This document shows, piece after piece, positions 1 to 9,510 of a stretch of DNA of 64,000 bases (its first letter is position 1; every line of letters starts with the position of its first letter). A model generated the notes under the pieces. It was not told where the DNA came from and made no database searches. It worked only from the letters and a program-made list of their open reading frames with translations. This stretch comes from a virus (Duplodnaviria; Caudoviricetes). The translations under genes were made by a program, and so were the position numbers. The stretch spans positions 192,001 to 256,000 of IMG/VR virus record IMGVR_UViG_3300037247_001786; one strand, written 5' to 3'.

Positions 1-1
1 C

Positions 2-199
2 GGAGAGATAGAATTTTTTGAGAAAGTATTGCAAAAAGTTGACACTCTAACAAGAGCTAAAAATAAAAAAGATTTAGAGAAGATATTTTCTTTTTTAGTA
101 GAGATAGGTATCCCTTATAGAGCAGAAGTTTTTTATGATAGGCAAGAGCAAAAAATAATAGAAGAGAGTTCCGAAATAGAAGTATGGAGAAGTATATAG
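2..199 (+). CDS. 3' end of a hypothetical protein (runs off the window start)
   Basis: Open frame from position 2 (GEIEFFEKVLQ...VWRSI) to TAG at 197-199, abutting the next ATG. Confidence 0.55.
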   Translation, partial: GEIEFFEKVLQKVDTLTRAKNKKDLEKIFSFLVEIGIPYRAEVFYDRQEQKIIEESSEIEVWRSI

Positions 200-1042
200 A
201 TGGTAAATAGAATAATTTGTGCAGATGTTATAGACGGTTTGAAGAAAATTAAGAATGATACTATTCATTTAACATTCACTTCTCCACCTTACAATGTGAG
301 ATTAGATTATGACAATTCATCTGATGATTTAGCATATGCGGATTATATACAATGGTTGAAGAAGATATTCTCTTCAATTTATAAGAAGACTGTCAGCGGA
401 GGCAGAATAGCTATTAATATCGATGCTATAACAAATAGAGAAAGCGATAAAGACCAAGAATATGTAAGAGCAATATATCCTCATCTTTATAATATAATGA
501 AAGAGATAGGTTGGAAATTCAGAACAGAAATTTGTTGGTATAAACAGAATGCAGTTGGAAGAGCCACCGCTTGGGGGAGTTATAAATCTGCATCGAACCC
601 ATGTCTCCGTCGGAACCATGAATATATTTTAGTTTGGAGTAAAGATGATTGGAAAATAAATAGCGAAGAAAAATCAGATATGACTAAACAAGAGTTCGAA
701 TTATGGACTTTAAGCACTTGGCATGTTCAACCTCAAACAAGAAAGATGGCAGGGCATCCGGCGGCGTTTCCAGAAGAGCTTGCTAAAAGGGTTATTAAAT
801 TATTTTCTTTTCCTGGTCAGACTATTTTAGATCCATTTTCTGGAACTGGTACGACAGCAAAAGTTGCTTATATGTGGAATAGAAATTATCTTGGCATAGA
901 TAACTCAGAAGATTATTGCGAGTTCGCTAGAAATAGGATCGCTGAAGTCGAACAAGTCGAAGCGATGGAAGAGCTTCTCTCGCCCAAGAAAGATAAGTCT
1001 ATTAAAAAAGGAACAGAGTCTACAAATATTTTTGGAGATTAG
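200..1042 (+). CDS. Site-specific DNA methyltransferase, N4-C/N6-A (beta class)
   Basis: TSPPY catalytic motif near the N-terminus, HPAAFP, and DPFSGTGTT SAM-binding motif near the C-terminus. Confidence 0.92.
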   Translation: MVNRIICADVIDGLKKIKNDTIHLTFTSPPYNVRLDYDNSSDDLAYADYIQWLKKIFSSIYKKTVSGGRIAINIDAITNRESDKDQEYVRAIYPHLYNIMKEIGWKFRTEICWYKQNAVGRATAWGSYKSASNPCLRRNHEYILVWSKDDWKINSEEKSDMTKQEFELWTLSTWHVQPQTRKMAGHPAAFPEELAKRVIKLFSFPGQTILDPFSGTGTTAKVAYMWNRNYLGIDNSEDYCEFARNRIAEVEQVEAMEELLSPKKDKSIKKGTESTNIFGD

Positions 1043-1471
1043 ATGGATAGAGAAATAGAAATACAATTGGATTTTACAGACGTTACTATGGCTGAAGCGG
1101 ATGGAGATTTTGAAGAAGTTAAAGATATAATGATTCAAGAAGTCCCATACGATGATAGTTGGATGATAAGAAGCACTATTACTATTACTAGCGAATTTGG
1201 TGTCGGAGTAATGGTTGTTCATTTTTTCGGTACAGGAAAAATACTTATAATGGAATATAACCCCTCTGTTAATGATGTTTTTTATAATCCAGATGTGAGA
1301 GCTTTTTGTACATGGTCTCAAGATTTTGGATGGAATATCCCACAGCCAAGTATTGATTTAGCTAAGAAAGATAAAGAATTTTGGAAATATTTCTGGGATA
1401 CCTTATTAATAGATAGTGATTATTTTGATAAGGCTTATGGAAAAAGAGATGTCCTGGATGGGGAAGAATAG
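1043..1471 (+). CDS. Hypothetical acidic protein
   Basis: 142-aa ORF abutting the upstream stop; no family recognised. Confidence 0.7.
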   Translation: MDREIEIQLDFTDVTMAEADGDFEEVKDIMIQEVPYDDSWMIRSTITITSEFGVGVMVVHFFGTGKILIMEYNPSVNDVFYNPDVRAFCTWSQDFGWNIPQPSIDLAKKDKEFWKYFWDTLLIDSDYFDKAYGKRDVLDGEE

Positions 1472-1488
1472 GCTATAAGTTCGATAAT

Positions 1489-1689
1489 ATGATATGTGAT
1501 AAATGTGATTATGAATATGAGATAGGACCAGACGGTTCTTATAAAAATGTATATGGAACGAGATGTCAGAAGTGCAACCATTTGATAAGACCTGATCAAG
1601 AGCCTAAATTTATAAGAGATAATAATAAAAAAATAAATGAGTTAATTTCCGAGATGAGAAGAATATGGTTAAAAGGAAATAAGGAGTAA
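1489..1689 (+). CDS. Small Zn-ribbon-like protein
   Basis: CDKC...CQKC pair. Confidence 0.55.
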   Translation: MICDKCDYEYEIGPDGSYKNVYGTRCQKCNHLIRPDQEPKFIRDNNKKINELISEMRRIWLKGNKE

Positions 1690-1694
1690 CTAGA

Positions 1695-2300
1695 ATGCCT
1701 ATTAAAGAAGAACCAGTTAGAATTGAATTCCAGTACGAGCAAGAAGGCGGAGTAACAAGTGACGGAGTATTTGACGTTGAATATTTTTCCGAAATGAATG
1801 ATGGAAAAGAGAAGAAGTATGTGAGGGTAACTCCTCATGGAGCTACAGAGGGTAGTATTTTTGAGCTTGATTTCCTTGTAGAAGTTGTAGATTTTTTAAG
1901 AAAAAAAGGAGTTATAGATAATAGTTCTCCATTGCAAGAAAATGTAGCTACTGGAACTTTACCCTTGCCTCAGATAGATGTTTCTGGTAATATCTCAAAG
2001 CCACAGCCTCAAGCCATTGCGATTGATAGCCCCCCTCAGGCTCTTCCGGTATCCACTTTCTCTACAGAATTGACTCCTGATATCGATACTCCAACAGTTA
2101 AGGCTATTGATGCGTCAGTGGGTCCTAGTGTTATCGTTTCTGGAGTTGCAGTAGATAATAATGTTATTATTGATAGACCAGTCGTTAGGACTAAAGTGGG
2201 TGCCAATGAAGACCCTCTTAAGAGTATTGAAGATTCAGCAAGACAAAGAAATGCTATGCAGAAGACAACGAAGAAAACTATTAAACGAAGAGAAGACTAG
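1695..2300 (+). CDS. Hypothetical protein
   Basis: 201-aa ORF with a Pro/Ser/Thr-rich middle; GGAG upstream. Confidence 0.7.
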   Translation: MPIKEEPVRIEFQYEQEGGVTSDGVFDVEYFSEMNDGKEKKYVRVTPHGATEGSIFELDFLVEVVDFLRKKGVIDNSSPLQENVATGTLPLPQIDVSGNISKPQPQAIAIDSPPQALPVSTFSTELTPDIDTPTVKAIDASVGPSVIVSGVAVDNNVIIDRPVVRTKVGANEDPLKSIEDSARQRNAMQKTTKKTIKRRED

Positions 2301-2524
2301 TGAAGTATAAGTGCAGATCAATTCCGTTAACAAAACTATTCGTTACAAATAAGGGATTCCTAAAGCCTCTTTGTACTAATTGCCAAACTATAGATTGTGA
2401 AAACGATATAGAAATACAAAAAGTTAGCATAATGGGAATAACGACGGAGTATAGATTACTGACGAAAAAAGATGGCTCATATATCGTTTCATCGTGCGAG
2501 GGATTTATTGATGACAAAAAATGA
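2300..2524 (+). CDS. Small Cys-containing hypothetical protein
   Basis: CTNCQTIDC motif; GTG start overlapping the upstream stop. Confidence 0.55.
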   Translation: MKYKCRSIPLTKLFVTNKGFLKPLCTNCQTIDCENDIEIQKVSIMGITTEYRLLTKKDGSYIVSSCEGFIDDKK

Positions 2525-3311
2525 CATGACGATAAATGATGCTATGGAAATAAATAATAGGTGGGAAGAGTATAGAAAAAAACAAATAAATTTGACAGTA
2601 GACTTATCAGCTAAAATAAAGAAAAATTTATCTACTAAAAAAGTGAGCTATAATGATTACAGGGAAGCTTTTGATTATGTCGGAAAAATATTTCCTGATA
2701 TAGAGGTTAAAGACATTGATGTAAGATTAGCTACTCCTATTTTATTAAAAAAATTAGGTTATAATGGCATAGGCGGTTTTTTTGAAAGAATAAGCAAAAC
2801 AGTTATTGTCTCGTCATATCAATTAGTTTCCAATGATTTCAATAAGAATTCTGTAAAAGCAAAATTGAATAAAGATGAGATTATAGTTCACGAATTATTG
2901 CATTATTGTCATGATGTTATAGGATCAAACTCAAGCGTTAACTTAAAAGAAGAATTTGCCTATGGATGGTCTCTGGGGTATTTAAGGGGTAAAGGATATA
3001 CGGATGAAGAGATAGTAAAAGATAATTACCTTCCTTATCTGTATAAAGTTTGTTCTGAAGATGGATATAAGAACATTTTAAGATCGGAAGAAATTAGTCT
3101 TGAAGAACTGAAGAGATCGTCAAGAGTTCACAGAGAAAAAGTTTTTAATAGCCGCTTAAGAAGTAAGATACATAAGGAAATTTTAGAATTATCAACAGTA
3201 AAAGGAAAAGAAATAATAAGAATCTACGACAAGAAGATAAAAGAGGGAAAGCCATACAGGTGCATAAATAAATCGAAAAATACTGTTTTTGACGTTTTGG
3301 ATTTGGAATAA
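2472..3311 (+). CDS. Putative HExxH zinc metallopeptidase-like protein with the FDxxD C-terminal motif
   Basis: IVHELLHYCH followed by EEFAY; ends VFDVLDLE. Confidence 0.5.
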   Translation: MAHISFHRARDLLMTKNDMTINDAMEINNRWEEYRKKQINLTVDLSAKIKKNLSTKKVSYNDYREAFDYVGKIFPDIEVKDIDVRLATPILLKKLGYNGIGGFFERISKTVIVSSYQLVSNDFNKNSVKAKLNKDEIIVHELLHYCHDVIGSNSSVNLKEEFAYGWSLGYLRGKGYTDEEIVKDNYLPYLYKVCSEDGYKNILRSEEISLEELKRSSRVHREKVFNSRLRSKIHKEILELSTVKGKEIIRIYDKKIKEGKPYRCINKSKNTVFDVLDLE

Positions 3312-3751
3312 TGTATACACATATAGAAAATAATCATGAAATATATTTTGCCGATGAAAAAGATTATCTAAGATGCAAATTAGAATATCTTGAAGATTAT
3401 ACTTATGACGTTTCGGGTCCTATAACTTTTACTTTTTTTGTTGATAGAAGATTATATGATAGGTCACAGGTTAGGGTTCTTGAAGTAAAACATATAGAAA
3501 CCCATCCATCGCAACAAAATTACGGAAGAGAAGACGAATCGGGCAGAAATAGATTTATAGGTTACGCTGCTGGTGACCAGGACGCAGGAGACGAGGGGCG
3601 TGTAACGGTGAGTATCCCTGCTGATTCTCTGCTGGCTTTTAACATAAAGGAAGGGAATGACGAAGCTTTTCTCGACTGTTTAATATGTCCCACACCAGCG
3701 ATACCTTCTAAAAAGAAGAAGTCTTATTTTGATATTATTGATGTAGATTAG
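3311..3751 (+). CDS. Hypothetical protein with the FDxxD C-terminal motif
   Basis: 146 aa; ends KKKKSYFDIIDVD. Confidence 0.7.
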   Translation: MYTHIENNHEIYFADEKDYLRCKLEYLEDYTYDVSGPITFTFFVDRRLYDRSQVRVLEVKHIETHPSQQNYGREDESGRNRFIGYAAGDQDAGDEGRVTVSIPADSLLAFNIKEGNDEAFLDCLICPTPAIPSKKKKSYFDIIDVD

Positions 3752-3772
3752 TGATTCCGATTATTGTAAGAT
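3750..3772 (+). promoter_or_regulatory. Putative promoter, AGTGA-N12-TAAGAT
   Basis: agtga ttccgattattg taagat directly upstream of the ORF at 3783. Confidence 0.55.
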
Positions 3773-3782
3773 AGGAAAAGAT

Positions 3783-4070
3783 ATGACGCGTTTTTATTAT
3801 TATAAACATCCTAATACAGATGAGATTTATTCAGATCAAAGAATGATGGGCTTCGAGACAAGACCCTACATAGCCCCAGATGGAGAAAAGTGTGAATTAT
3901 TAGAAGACTATGTTCCTCCTGCTAAAGATACTAAAAACCAAATAGGAATAATAAATAAAAATGCAGAAGTTTTTGAAAAAGATGCTGATTATGTAAAAAA
4001 GTGCAATCCAAAATATATTAAGTTTCGAGACGGGCATAGAGAGAAGTACGACCCTACAAGACACTGTTAA
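3783..4070 (+). CDS. Hypothetical protein
   Basis: 95-aa ORF downstream of the promoter motif. Confidence 0.65.
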   Translation: MTRFYYYKHPNTDEIYSDQRMMGFETRPYIAPDGEKCELLEDYVPPAKDTKNQIGIINKNAEVFEKDADYVKKCNPKYIKFRDGHREKYDPTRHC

Positions 4071-4081
4071 AAGGAAGTGAA

Positions 4082-4441
4082 ATGACGAATAGAATTTTAG
4101 GTAAAATAGGGCAATTTAAAACTGCTAAAAAACAATTGAAAAATATAGATAATTTAGAAATTATTGAAATAAAATATAAATATAGCGATGTGTATGAATT
4201 TGTAATAGATTTTAATAAAAGCAGGGTAGAAACCGTAGATGAAGATATCTTAAAAGAATCAATTGAAAGAAATTTTAAAAGCATTAAGAAAGATATAAAA
4301 GCCCTTTATAAAGAAAAGATAAAAAAATTAAATGAAGAGGCTATCGAAGAGGCTTATGAGTTTCTTGACGATAAAGAAAATGGCACAAAAAATATTTCTA
4401 AAAAGAAAAAAATATGGGACTATATTGATCTGGAGAGATAG
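4082..4441 (+). CDS. Hypothetical protein with the WDxID C-terminal motif
   Basis: AAGGAAG upstream; ends KKKKIWDYIDLER. Confidence 0.7.
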   Translation: MTNRILGKIGQFKTAKKQLKNIDNLEIIEIKYKYSDVYEFVIDFNKSRVETVDEDILKESIERNFKSIKKDIKALYKEKIKKLNEEAIEEAYEFLDDKENGTKNISKKKKIWDYIDLER

Positions 4442-4810
4442 ATGAGGTTTATAAGACAAGAAGAAATTATAACAACTATTTGCAATAAAGAAATAGAAGA
4501 TAATAAAAATATAGCTTTTGTTCTTGAAAGATTAAAAGAAGAGGGAGTATATTTCGCATTAACTATAAAAAAAATGTTTAGTAGTGATTACAGAGATCGT
4601 ACAATAGCGTATGAAAAAGTTAAAGTTAAAAATGTTAATGCCGAAACAGACAAAGTTGATTTTATAGTATATAAAGGAAGCTCTCTTATTAAACTAACTA
4701 ATATGGATTTTGAAGATATCAACGAGATATTTGCATTAACTAAAAAAACTAATTTATTAGATAGTAGTCAAAATAAGGGGTTCTTTGATTATATCGATAT
4801 CGAGGAATAG
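4442..4810 (+). CDS. Hypothetical protein with the FDxID C-terminal motif
   Basis: Ends NKGFFDYIDIEE. Confidence 0.7.
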   Translation: MRFIRQEEIITTICNKEIEDNKNIAFVLERLKEEGVYFALTIKKMFSSDYRDRTIAYEKVKVKNVNAETDKVDFIVYKGSSLIKLTNMDFEDINEIFALTKKTNLLDSSQNKGFFDYIDIEE

Positions 4811-4812
4811 AA

Positions 4813-5151
4813 ATGGAAGAAGAATTTGACTGTATATATTGTGGGAGATCAGTTTACATCGAAGAGGGACTAGAGGCTGAGATGGATAATACTTATCACC
4901 ACATGTGCCATATAGAATATCTTGAGTCCGAGATCTCTCGTTCCCAGTGGATAAGCGTCGAAGATAGATTGCCAAAAAAAGAGCGTATAAATTATTTAGT
5001 AATAGATGATCAAACAGGATATGTATCAACAGAACTATTTATGGTTAGGATGAAGTTTAGGTGGGACAAAGACGAAGCAGAGGTTGCTGAATTTTCAGAT
5101 TGGGTTACTCATTGGATGCCGATACCTAAATTACCAGGAGAGAAAATATGA
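4813..5151 (+). CDS. DUF551 domain protein with N-terminal CxxC
   Basis: WISVEDRLP...VTHWMPIPKLP signature. Confidence 0.8.
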   Translation: MEEEFDCIYCGRSVYIEEGLEAEMDNTYHHMCHIEYLESEISRSQWISVEDRLPKKERINYLVIDDQTGYVSTELFMVRMKFRWDKDEAEVAEFSDWVTHWMPIPKLPGEKI

Positions 5152-5636
5152 CAGAAGAAATAAAACCATGTTGGTGTTGTGGGCATGAAATGTTCGTTGG
5201 AGAGCATAAGCGTTCTCCTGGCAAATATGTTGTACGTTGTGGTTCAGATGGGACTAATTGTATATGGTTCCCATCATCTGGAGCTATCGAAAAAAAAGAT
5301 TTGCCGAGATATATTGCTATATGGAACGCAAGAAAAACAAGGAAATCAAACACTCATTACCAAAGGTTATTCGATAAATCCCTGAAGTTAAATATGATTT
5401 TAGCTGTAGAAAACTCCGAACTCAAAGATCCTTGGATAAGCGTCAAGGATAGGTTGCCAGAAAAAAAACATGAGGTTTTAATTTATTACACATATAAAGC
5501 AAACCAAAATTCATACACAGGAATTGCATTTCTCGACAAGGAGTTATGGTATAGCGATGACGGAAAAACAGTATTTAGGAAAGAAGAAGTAACTCTCTGG
5601 ATGCCAATACCCGAACTATCTAAAGGAGGCGAGTAA
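5148..5636 (+). CDS. Lar-like Zn ribbon fused to a DUF551 domain
   Basis: IKPCWCCG...VRC...AIWNAR at the N-terminus; WISVKDRLPE...VTLWMPIPEL at the C-terminus. Confidence 0.75.
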   Translation: MTEEIKPCWCCGHEMFVGEHKRSPGKYVVRCGSDGTNCIWFPSSGAIEKKDLPRYIAIWNARKTRKSNTHYQRLFDKSLKLNMILAVENSELKDPWISVKDRLPEKKHEVLIYYTYKANQNSYTGIAFLDKELWYSDDGKTVFRKEEVTLWMPIPELSKGGE

Positions 5637-5637
5637 G

Positions 5638-6273
5638 ATGGGAAGATGCGTAGGTGTGGGGACTAAGGAATGTTATAGCGTCGTTTCTTCTAATGGAGAT
5701 TTGTGCCGTTCTTGTCAATTCGATAAACTAAAAGCAGCAAACAGTCTATTAAAAGAAGCATTGGAAGAATCGGTTAGATTTCAATCTCATTATGCTAAAC
5801 TTTTAAATATGTACGACGCAGGAGAACGTATGGAATTTAAAGATGCTAATGAATGGATAGAAAGATTAGAGAAAATCGAAGGCGGTCAGATGGCGACATT
5901 AAAATATTCTGATATTAAACACGTTGGAAATGAACCGCAAAGAAAAAAATATTCTTATGAAGAAAAGATTTTTGCTGATAAATGGGAAGAGCTTAATGAT
6001 CGCAAGACAGGAACCAATGGAGGTTACGGTGCTTTAGAGTTGCTACTAGACAAGTCTGGATATGATAGCGGAAACTGGACAACCCACTTCATTCCTGTTG
6101 ATGAGATAACTGAAAGAGATGCTTTTGTCGCCGCGACTACGATTCAATGGTTAGGTACAAAATGTGGATGTGTTTTCTTGTGGGAATGTGAGCAAAAGAT
6201 AAAAGAAGAACATAAAAAAGAGATGGAAGAGTTTCATAAGAAATATAATTTACATGTAGAAGAAAATAGTTGA
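5638..6273 (+). CDS. Hypothetical phage protein
   Basis: 211 aa; GGAGG RBS; no confident family. Confidence 0.65.
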   Translation: MGRCVGVGTKECYSVVSSNGDLCRSCQFDKLKAANSLLKEALEESVRFQSHYAKLLNMYDAGERMEFKDANEWIERLEKIEGGQMATLKYSDIKHVGNEPQRKKYSYEEKIFADKWEELNDRKTGTNGGYGALELLLDKSGYDSGNWTTHFIPVDEITERDAFVAATTIQWLGTKCGCVFLWECEQKIKEEHKKEMEEFHKKYNLHVEENS

Positions 6274-6283
6274 AGGAAAAAAT

Positions 6284-7705
6284 ATGAGTTTTAGTAATAA
6301 AGATTTTGTACATTTTCACACACATTCTGACAGATCTCGTTTTGATGGATTAGCTAAATTATCTGATTTGGTACTTCAAGCTAGGAAGATGGGGTTTCCC
6401 GCTTTAGCACTTACGGATCATGGGAACGTTATGGGATATGTTCAATTCCTAAAAGACTGTAGAGCTACTTCTAATAAAAAAGGTCCAATTGAGTACGCTC
6501 CGATTAAACCTATTTTAGGCTCTGAATTTTATCTTGCTAGACAAATGAATATAGGGCAATACGAAGTTAAGAGAGATAAAGAGGGGAAAAAGCTCAAACC
6601 AAAAGATTTTCAACCAGATGGAAGAAAGGGCAATCGTCATCTTAATATATATGCTATGAACTGGGAGGGCTATAGTAATCTATGTACTCTCTCACAGCGT
6701 TCTTTTACGGAAGGTTTCTATTCTGACCCTCGTATTGATATTGAGCTGCTCTCAAAGCATTCTAAGGGTCTCATGGGAGGATCAGCTTGTTTGTCTAGTG
6801 TTATTAATGTGAACCTCTTATATGGCAATTACGATAAAGCTAAAAAGATGGCTGGGTTATTAAATGAGATTTTTGATAAAAATTTCTTCCTTGAAGTTAT
6901 GTACCATGGGATACCTGAAGAGAAGGCTATTATCCCAGATATATTTAAATTGTCTTCTGAATTAAACATCCCTATTATTGCTACGAATGATACTCATTAT
7001 ATCCTTCCAGAACATGCAGAATCTCAAGAAGTTTTAATGTGCATGAGCACAAGTAGATGCATTAAAGATCCTAAAAGGATGTCATTCTCTTATAAGGAGT
7101 TTTATCTTAAATCGGCGGAAGAGATGGCTAAAATGTTTGGAAGTACTCCTCATGTTTTGACTAATTCAGTTCTAATGGCAGACAGAGTAGATACGGCAGA
7201 TATCGAAAGAAATCTTTTCGGAGGTATGAGATTGCCTAAGTTCGCTATTCCTGATGAGTTTGAGAACTCTTTTGAATACCTTAAAAAATTATCTTGGGAA
7301 GGTTTGAAGAAGCATGGTTGGGATAAGAGTGAAAAGCATATTAAAGCACTGGAAAGAGAAATAGAAGATGTCAGAGTTGCTAAAGTTAATAATAATTATG
7401 ACTTTGCTACTTATTTTTTAATTGTTAAAGATTACCTTGATGCATCAAAAGATATGGATATATTGATTGGTAGCGGTAGAGGTTCAGGTTACGCATCCGT
7501 TATGCTGCGTTGTCTTGACATTACTTACGGTCCCGACCCACTCAAATTCGATCTTATCTGGGAAAGATTTTTAGGATTTGATGATCTGCGTTTTATAAAA
7601 GATTCAGATTTTGGTTTTGAAGAAGAAGTTAAATCTGTAGAAGTCGATGTATTAGATGTGGATAGAGATTTAGAAGATGACCAGGGTGGAGTTGATAGAT
7701 ACTAA
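6284..7705 (+). CDS. dnaE: DNA polymerase III alpha subunit, N-terminal piece (PHP domain plus start of palm)
   Basis: FVHFHTHSDRS, ALTDHG, PILGSEFY, ATNDTHY, GSGRGSG, DLIWERFL; ends in an acidic tail before the PDID motif. Confidence 0.93.
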   Translation: MSFSNKDFVHFHTHSDRSRFDGLAKLSDLVLQARKMGFPALALTDHGNVMGYVQFLKDCRATSNKKGPIEYAPIKPILGSEFYLARQMNIGQYEVKRDKEGKKLKPKDFQPDGRKGNRHLNIYAMNWEGYSNLCTLSQRSFTEGFYSDPRIDIELLSKHSKGLMGGSACLSSVINVNLLYGNYDKAKKMAGLLNEIFDKNFFLEVMYHGIPEEKAIIPDIFKLSSELNIPIIATNDTHYILPEHAESQEVLMCMSTSRCIKDPKRMSFSYKEFYLKSAEEMAKMFGSTPHVLTNSVLMADRVDTADIERNLFGGMRLPKFAIPDEFENSFEYLKKLSWEGLKKHGWDKSEKHIKALEREIEDVRVAKVNNNYDFATYFLIVKDYLDASKDMDILIGSGRGSGYASVMLRCLDITYGPDPLKFDLIWERFLGFDDLRFIKDSDFGFEEEVKSVEVDVLDVDRDLEDDQGGVDRY

Positions 7706-7720
7706 AACAGGAGAGAAGTA

Positions 7721-7936
7721 ATGATTAAATGTTGTAAGTGCGATTTAGAGACAGAGGTAAAGCCTCATAATTTTTGTTATAAAAATCAAAGAAATGTAAG
7801 CTATTATAAATGCGATGAATGTATCTTAATAGACGCTAAATGTTTGATTTTAGACGGATTAAAAAAGATAGCACATAATATATCTTTTGAAAAAATAAAA
7901 AGTATTTTAGATGATGGGATTAGCAAGGAGAGTTAA
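7721..7936 (+). CDS. Small Cys-rich hypothetical protein
   Basis: CCKC...CDEC. Confidence 0.55.
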   Translation: MIKCCKCDLETEVKPHNFCYKNQRNVSYYKCDECILIDAKCLILDGLKKIAHNISFEKIKSILDDGISKES

Positions 7937-8228
7937 TATGAGATGTAAAATTTGCAATGAGTGGGATTGGGGGGATGGACATCATAAATGTCCTCCAGTT
8001 ATGTATTTTAAACATGAAGATTGGGACGACGAATGGCAAGAGATTAGGGCTAGAGACTATGAGGAAGCAGCTTTGAAATTTGCGGAGATATATAATGATT
8101 GTGATTATGCGTTAATGAATCACGATACAGATGTTATTATATTTGATGGAGAGGAAGAGAAGGCTTTTACTGTTTCTGCTGAACCATCTATAGATTATCA
8201 TGCGACAGAAAAAGAGGTGCTAAAATGA
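7911..8228 (+). CDS. Hypothetical protein (likely start MRCKIC at about 7938)
   Basis: AAGGAG RBS before the internal ATG. Confidence 0.6.
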   Translation: MMGLARRVNMRCKICNEWDWGDGHHKCPPVMYFKHEDWDDEWQEIRARDYEEAALKFAEIYNDCDYALMNHDTDVIIFDGEEEKAFTVSAEPSIDYHATEKEVLK

Positions 8229-8353
8229 AATTTAATATTAGAGAATTTAGAAAATATTTTATGAAGAAATTTAATATAAGTGAAGAAGAGCTGAAAGAAG
8301 CTGAAAAAATGTGGAAGACGGAAGCATGTCGCAGGAGAAAGAATGGGAATTAA
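8225..8353 (+). CDS. Small hypothetical protein, 42 aa (below the ORF-track cutoff)
   Basis: ATGA overlap with the upstream stop; GAGG RBS; fills the gap between ORFs. Confidence 0.5.
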   Translation: MKFNIREFRKYFMKKFNISEEELKEAEKMWKTEACRRRKNGN

Positions 8354-8525
8354 AGATGATGTTAAAACTTTTGGCTTATTTAGTACTATTAGGTCATTTT
8401 TTAAAAAATGGGGTTATTGTGACGGTTGTAAATATTTTTCTAATTTTAAGTGCGATAAATATGGTAATGGAATGACATATGGTTGTTGTGGGTATGTAAG
8501 GGATGTAAGTCGAAGGAAAAAATAA
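8343..8525 (+). CDS. Small Cys-rich hypothetical protein
   Basis: CDGC...C...CC. Confidence 0.5.
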   Translation: MGIKDDVKTFGLFSTIRSFFKKWGYCDGCKYFSNFKCDKYGNGMTYGCCGYVRDVSRRKK

Positions 8526-8526
8526 A

Positions 8527-8697
8527 ATGGATGAGAGCGAAAAAGATAGAGCTAGTAAAAAGTCAATGATAAAATTTTTAAAGAGCATCGGCTGGACAGA
8601 AAAGGAAATTAGAGAACAGTCAAGACTCAGTGCATCTGATCAGAAAAGAAAAATTAAAAATAAGATAGCAAAATACTATGGAAGAGAAAAAGAATAA
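8527..8697 (+). CDS. Small hypothetical protein, 56 aa (below the ORF-track cutoff)
   Basis: Read from sequence: MDESEKDRAS...YYGREKE; fills the gap between ORFs. Confidence 0.45.
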   Translation: MDESEKDRASKKSMIKFLKSIGWTEKEIREQSRLSASDQKRKIKNKIAKYYGREKE

Positions 8698-8908
8698 AAA
8701 AATAAAATTTAGTACCTACTCTCCATTATACGTTAGCACCCGTGGTGAAGAAGGATACTTTTATTTAGGAGAGGGTAGAAGAATGACAAGTGAAGAATTT
8801 TTAGAGAAAACTAAAGAGTGGCATAATAATGACTATGAAGGTGAATTACACGAATTTTTACATATGACAGAAAAAGAATATGCAAAATATGTGGAGGGTA
8901 AAAAATGA
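8678..8908 (+). CDS. Hypothetical protein
   Basis: 76 aa; overlaps the next start (ATGA). Confidence 0.55.
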   Translation: MEEKKNKKIKFSTYSPLYVSTRGEEGYFYLGEGRRMTSEEFLEKTKEWHNNDYEGELHEFLHMTEKEYAKYVEGKK

Positions 8909-9489
8909 CATATTTAGAGTTTTTAAAAGAAATTATAGGTAAGGATTATGCCCAGTATAGTAAAGAAGATATAGATAAGATAGGGGCGACCAGTCATGGA
9001 CTCGACAGAGATTCTTTCAGAGATGCTTATGAGAGTTCCCATTTTCCCGGAGTAGAGATATATCATTTAGACAATCCTAAAACATTGCGTATAGGATTTG
9101 TGGTTGACTGGGGAGAACATCAAATATGGCATACTATTAGAATTCAAGCTTGGAGGGCAGGAGATAAAAGTGACCCATCATATAAGTTTGATTTTCATGA
9201 AAGTTTGCGAGAATATATTTTAAAAAAGGAAAAGAAAGAAATTCAGAATAAACCAATGACCATAAAAGAAGGGTGGTTTTGTTACGGTGCGAATTTTGAT
9301 TGTAAAGAACCTCATATCATTATTGCCGATAATGACTGTAATAAGGAAGAAAAGATATTAATACCTGAAACAGTAGCGTATTATTTAAGAACTCATTTTT
9401 GCGGATCTAATCAAATGAGAGATACTATAAGAGATAACGCTATTAGTGATATGCAATATAAATTTAAGGAATTATTAGGAATTAAATAA
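8905..9489 (+). CDS. Hypothetical protein
   Basis: 194 aa; ends LLGIK. Confidence 0.65.
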   Translation: MTYLEFLKEIIGKDYAQYSKEDIDKIGATSHGLDRDSFRDAYESSHFPGVEIYHLDNPKTLRIGFVVDWGEHQIWHTIRIQAWRAGDKSDPSYKFDFHESLREYILKKEKKEIQNKPMTIKEGWFCYGANFDCKEPHIIIADNDCNKEEKILIPETVAYYLRTHFCGSNQMRDTIRDNAISDMQYKFKELLGIK

Positions 9490-9507
9490 TGCCAGATGTG
9501 AAACAGA
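9475..9507 (+). repeat. 33-bp direct repeat, copy 1
   Basis: ttaggaattaaataatgccagatgtgaaacaga; 32/33 identical to 10114-10146. Confidence 0.9.
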
Positions 9508-9510
9508 AAA

